Positions 1-64,000 of a DNA stretch of 64,000 nucleotides are shown here, piece after piece. The first letter of the stretch is position 1. Every line of letters begins with the position of its first letter. Source of the DNA: Octopus bimaculoides (lineage: Eukaryota); contig NC_068982.1 of assembly GCF_001194135.2 (NCBI RefSeq), forward strand, positions 152,283,607 through 152,347,606, given 5' to 3'. Both the position numbers and the translations under genes were made by a program. The notes under the pieces were generated by a model that saw only the letters and a list, made by a program, of their open reading frames with translations, had not been told where the DNA came from and made no database searches.

Positions 1-868
1 GCTGTGACAGCTGATTGGTAAGACATCGTGCTTCCATTCCCTATTACACTTGAAACTTGGGATAAATCAACATATAAAATAAACAACAAACATAAAACAC
101 ACAAAAAAAAAAGATAATTCAACAAAACAGCAAGTTGTGTCTAGAAACAGTTTTCTTCAGTCTGTTGTGATTAATAAGATCTGAAGCAGGAGGAAGGAAG
201 CCACAAAACTCACACAAATTCAATATCCACATGTTTTTGAACATTTAATTTTCATCTCATTGAAATTTGTGAAGTACAAGTAGTAGCAAGTGTGAGTTCA
301 GTGGAGATGAAATAATAAACTAATTTAAATTTCAGTTAAAGAATCCAAACAAAGAGATTTCTTTAGCTATTTCTTTATCAAATTATTTGAAACCATTACA
401 ATAAAAACTTAAATACTACAAGAAGATTGCATATCAAGAACACAAGACCAGATATTACTAAGATTTAACAAGAATGCTTCATAAAATTACTGAAAAATTC
501 AGTCTAATAAAAAAAAAAGTGTCATATTTTATATTCACATAAATATTCTAAAAATACAAGTATATACGATTACTTTGATAATTCAATTAATAATAAATTT
601 AAAGAGGAAATCTAAAATATTGACATAGATGAAAAAGATCTCCAAGGAGTCTGCTCCAGTAAAGCAAAATTATAAGTACTTGCTTTGTAATTATTCAACT
701 TCTTTTTCTCTCTACAAATATAAAACTGTGCCTATATTACAGATTCTCATTATCATTAATTAACATAGGTATATTAAATCTATATCACAGTAAAAAAAAT
801 TTTTAATTTTATTTGGCACTAACCTACACTAGTGTAAGGAAACAGAGTTACATTGAGAAATTACTAAC

Positions 869-62780
<61,912 letters not shown>

Positions 62781-62825
62781 GTTTATTTTGTGTATTTACA
62801 CGAACTTTCTTCTTCTGTCTCACCT

Positions 62826-62842
62826 CAACACAATATGGCGTT
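62826..62842 (-). promoter_or_regulatory. YY1-like CGCCATNTT motif in the probable 5' UTR/TSS region
   Basis: Minus strand reads AACGCCATATTG about 55 nt upstream of the ATG; motif match only. Confidence 0.35.
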
Positions 62843-64000
62843 ACTTCACTTTATCCTCTTTCGTTATTAAAGATTGACTAAGCACAAGTCAATTATCTCC
62901 CCTTCGTTCCATTAATTACCACTTGGGCTTTCCAATCCCTTTTTCAAATCACTGCGGTGACTTATTAAAATTACAATATTTTCTCACTTACACATTAATT
63001 TATATATGTGCCATAATATATTTTGTGACGATGGACTGACAGAATCATTAGAGTGTTATTTAGTTTCAGCTTTCTAAGTTCATATTCTGTCGGAGTCAAT
63101 TTTGCCTTTCATCCTTCCGGATTTGATCAAATAAAAACTAATCAAATACTAGTTCGTTATAAGTAAATATAACTCTCCCCACCCACTACAAAATATGTAG
63201 CCTTGTGCCAAAATTTGAAATCGATAAATATACTATAATCCTCATATATAAATGCATATTGATATTTTCATTATGATACGGTAATTTGTGTGTAAATCAC
63301 ATTTTTCGACCTGTGGCATTTCAATGTTCTGCTGAGCTGAATGCTGACAAGGAACTTCATAACTTTGTTAGCGTCTTGATTCATCAATGCATGAAATAAT
63401 ATTCGCGATGGTGCCGGCTCCCCAACATCGCGATCACCCGCAGTAATGCTGTGAGTGTTTCGGTATGCTTTAAAAAATTTTAGCTGCGAATATGAGTATC
63501 CCTTGGTGCAATGCATATTAATTTTATGGCATACTCACACAAATGTGCATCTCCCCGCCGACTTTGGTTCCTTATAACTTTCAGAAAAATAGTTATTTCC
63601 TAATGAAATTCTCCACAAATACGCTTCAGATGATGTAGATTCCGATTATATAGGAATTTGTTGTGAAAAAAAATCTTCCAAGGGGTGGGGAGAGGAGTTT
63701 CGGAAAATTCACGCTAATTGACTTTGTTACCTCATAACTCAGAAACAGGTATTTTTAATGAAATTTTCTTCGAATACCTTTTAGGATGGGAAGGTTACGA
63801 TTATATCGGAATTTGAAGTGAAGAAAAGAGAAAAAAAAAACCGCCACATTCTGGCACGTACAATTTTTTTTTTTTTTTTCGAAATTTCAAATTTCATTTT
63901 GTAGACACATGTAATATGTCTCGGTATGCAGGCGTGTGAGCCCAACGACATACATACATACATACATAACGAACTGCCTCTACAAAAACCTGAAAAAATT

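Noticed and set aside
63271-63516. ORF upstream of ZFC3H1 as a neighbouring gene
   Set aside because: No recognisable homology or convincing splice context on either strand; cannot be supported.

Overview
AT-rich, repeat-dense animal genomic DNA. The repeat families and (AT)n/(AG)n tracts look like an octopod cephalopod (inference). Almost the whole window is one minus-strand multi-exon gene, an orthologue of ZFC3H1 (nuclear-exosome PAXT adaptor). I traced 30 coding exons from the ATG at 62780 down to 869. All junction phases are compatible if exon 5 uses a GC donor; the final exon(s) are not resolved. The introns hold decayed RTE-clade LINEs and their (GAT)n-tailed 3' ends, tRNA-derived SINEs, two mariner relics, a hAT transposase relic, a hAT-type MITE with a perfect 8-bp TSD, piggyBac derivatives, and the 3' end of an RLE-type (HERO-like) non-LTR retrotransposon. 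The two most unusual signals are structured-RNA motifs. First, the HERO-like 3' UTR (55527-55618) has both hammerhead core segments, a GUC site and intact stems I and III, in an order that is not a circular permutation (pseudoknotted, 'rearranged' hammerhead). Second, a tRNA-headed element at ~24020-24425 carries a degenerate minimal Penelope-type hammerhead and a 106-bp-arm palindrome. Human ZFC3H1 comparisons are from my recall of that protein, not from a search. Repeat boundaries are approximate.
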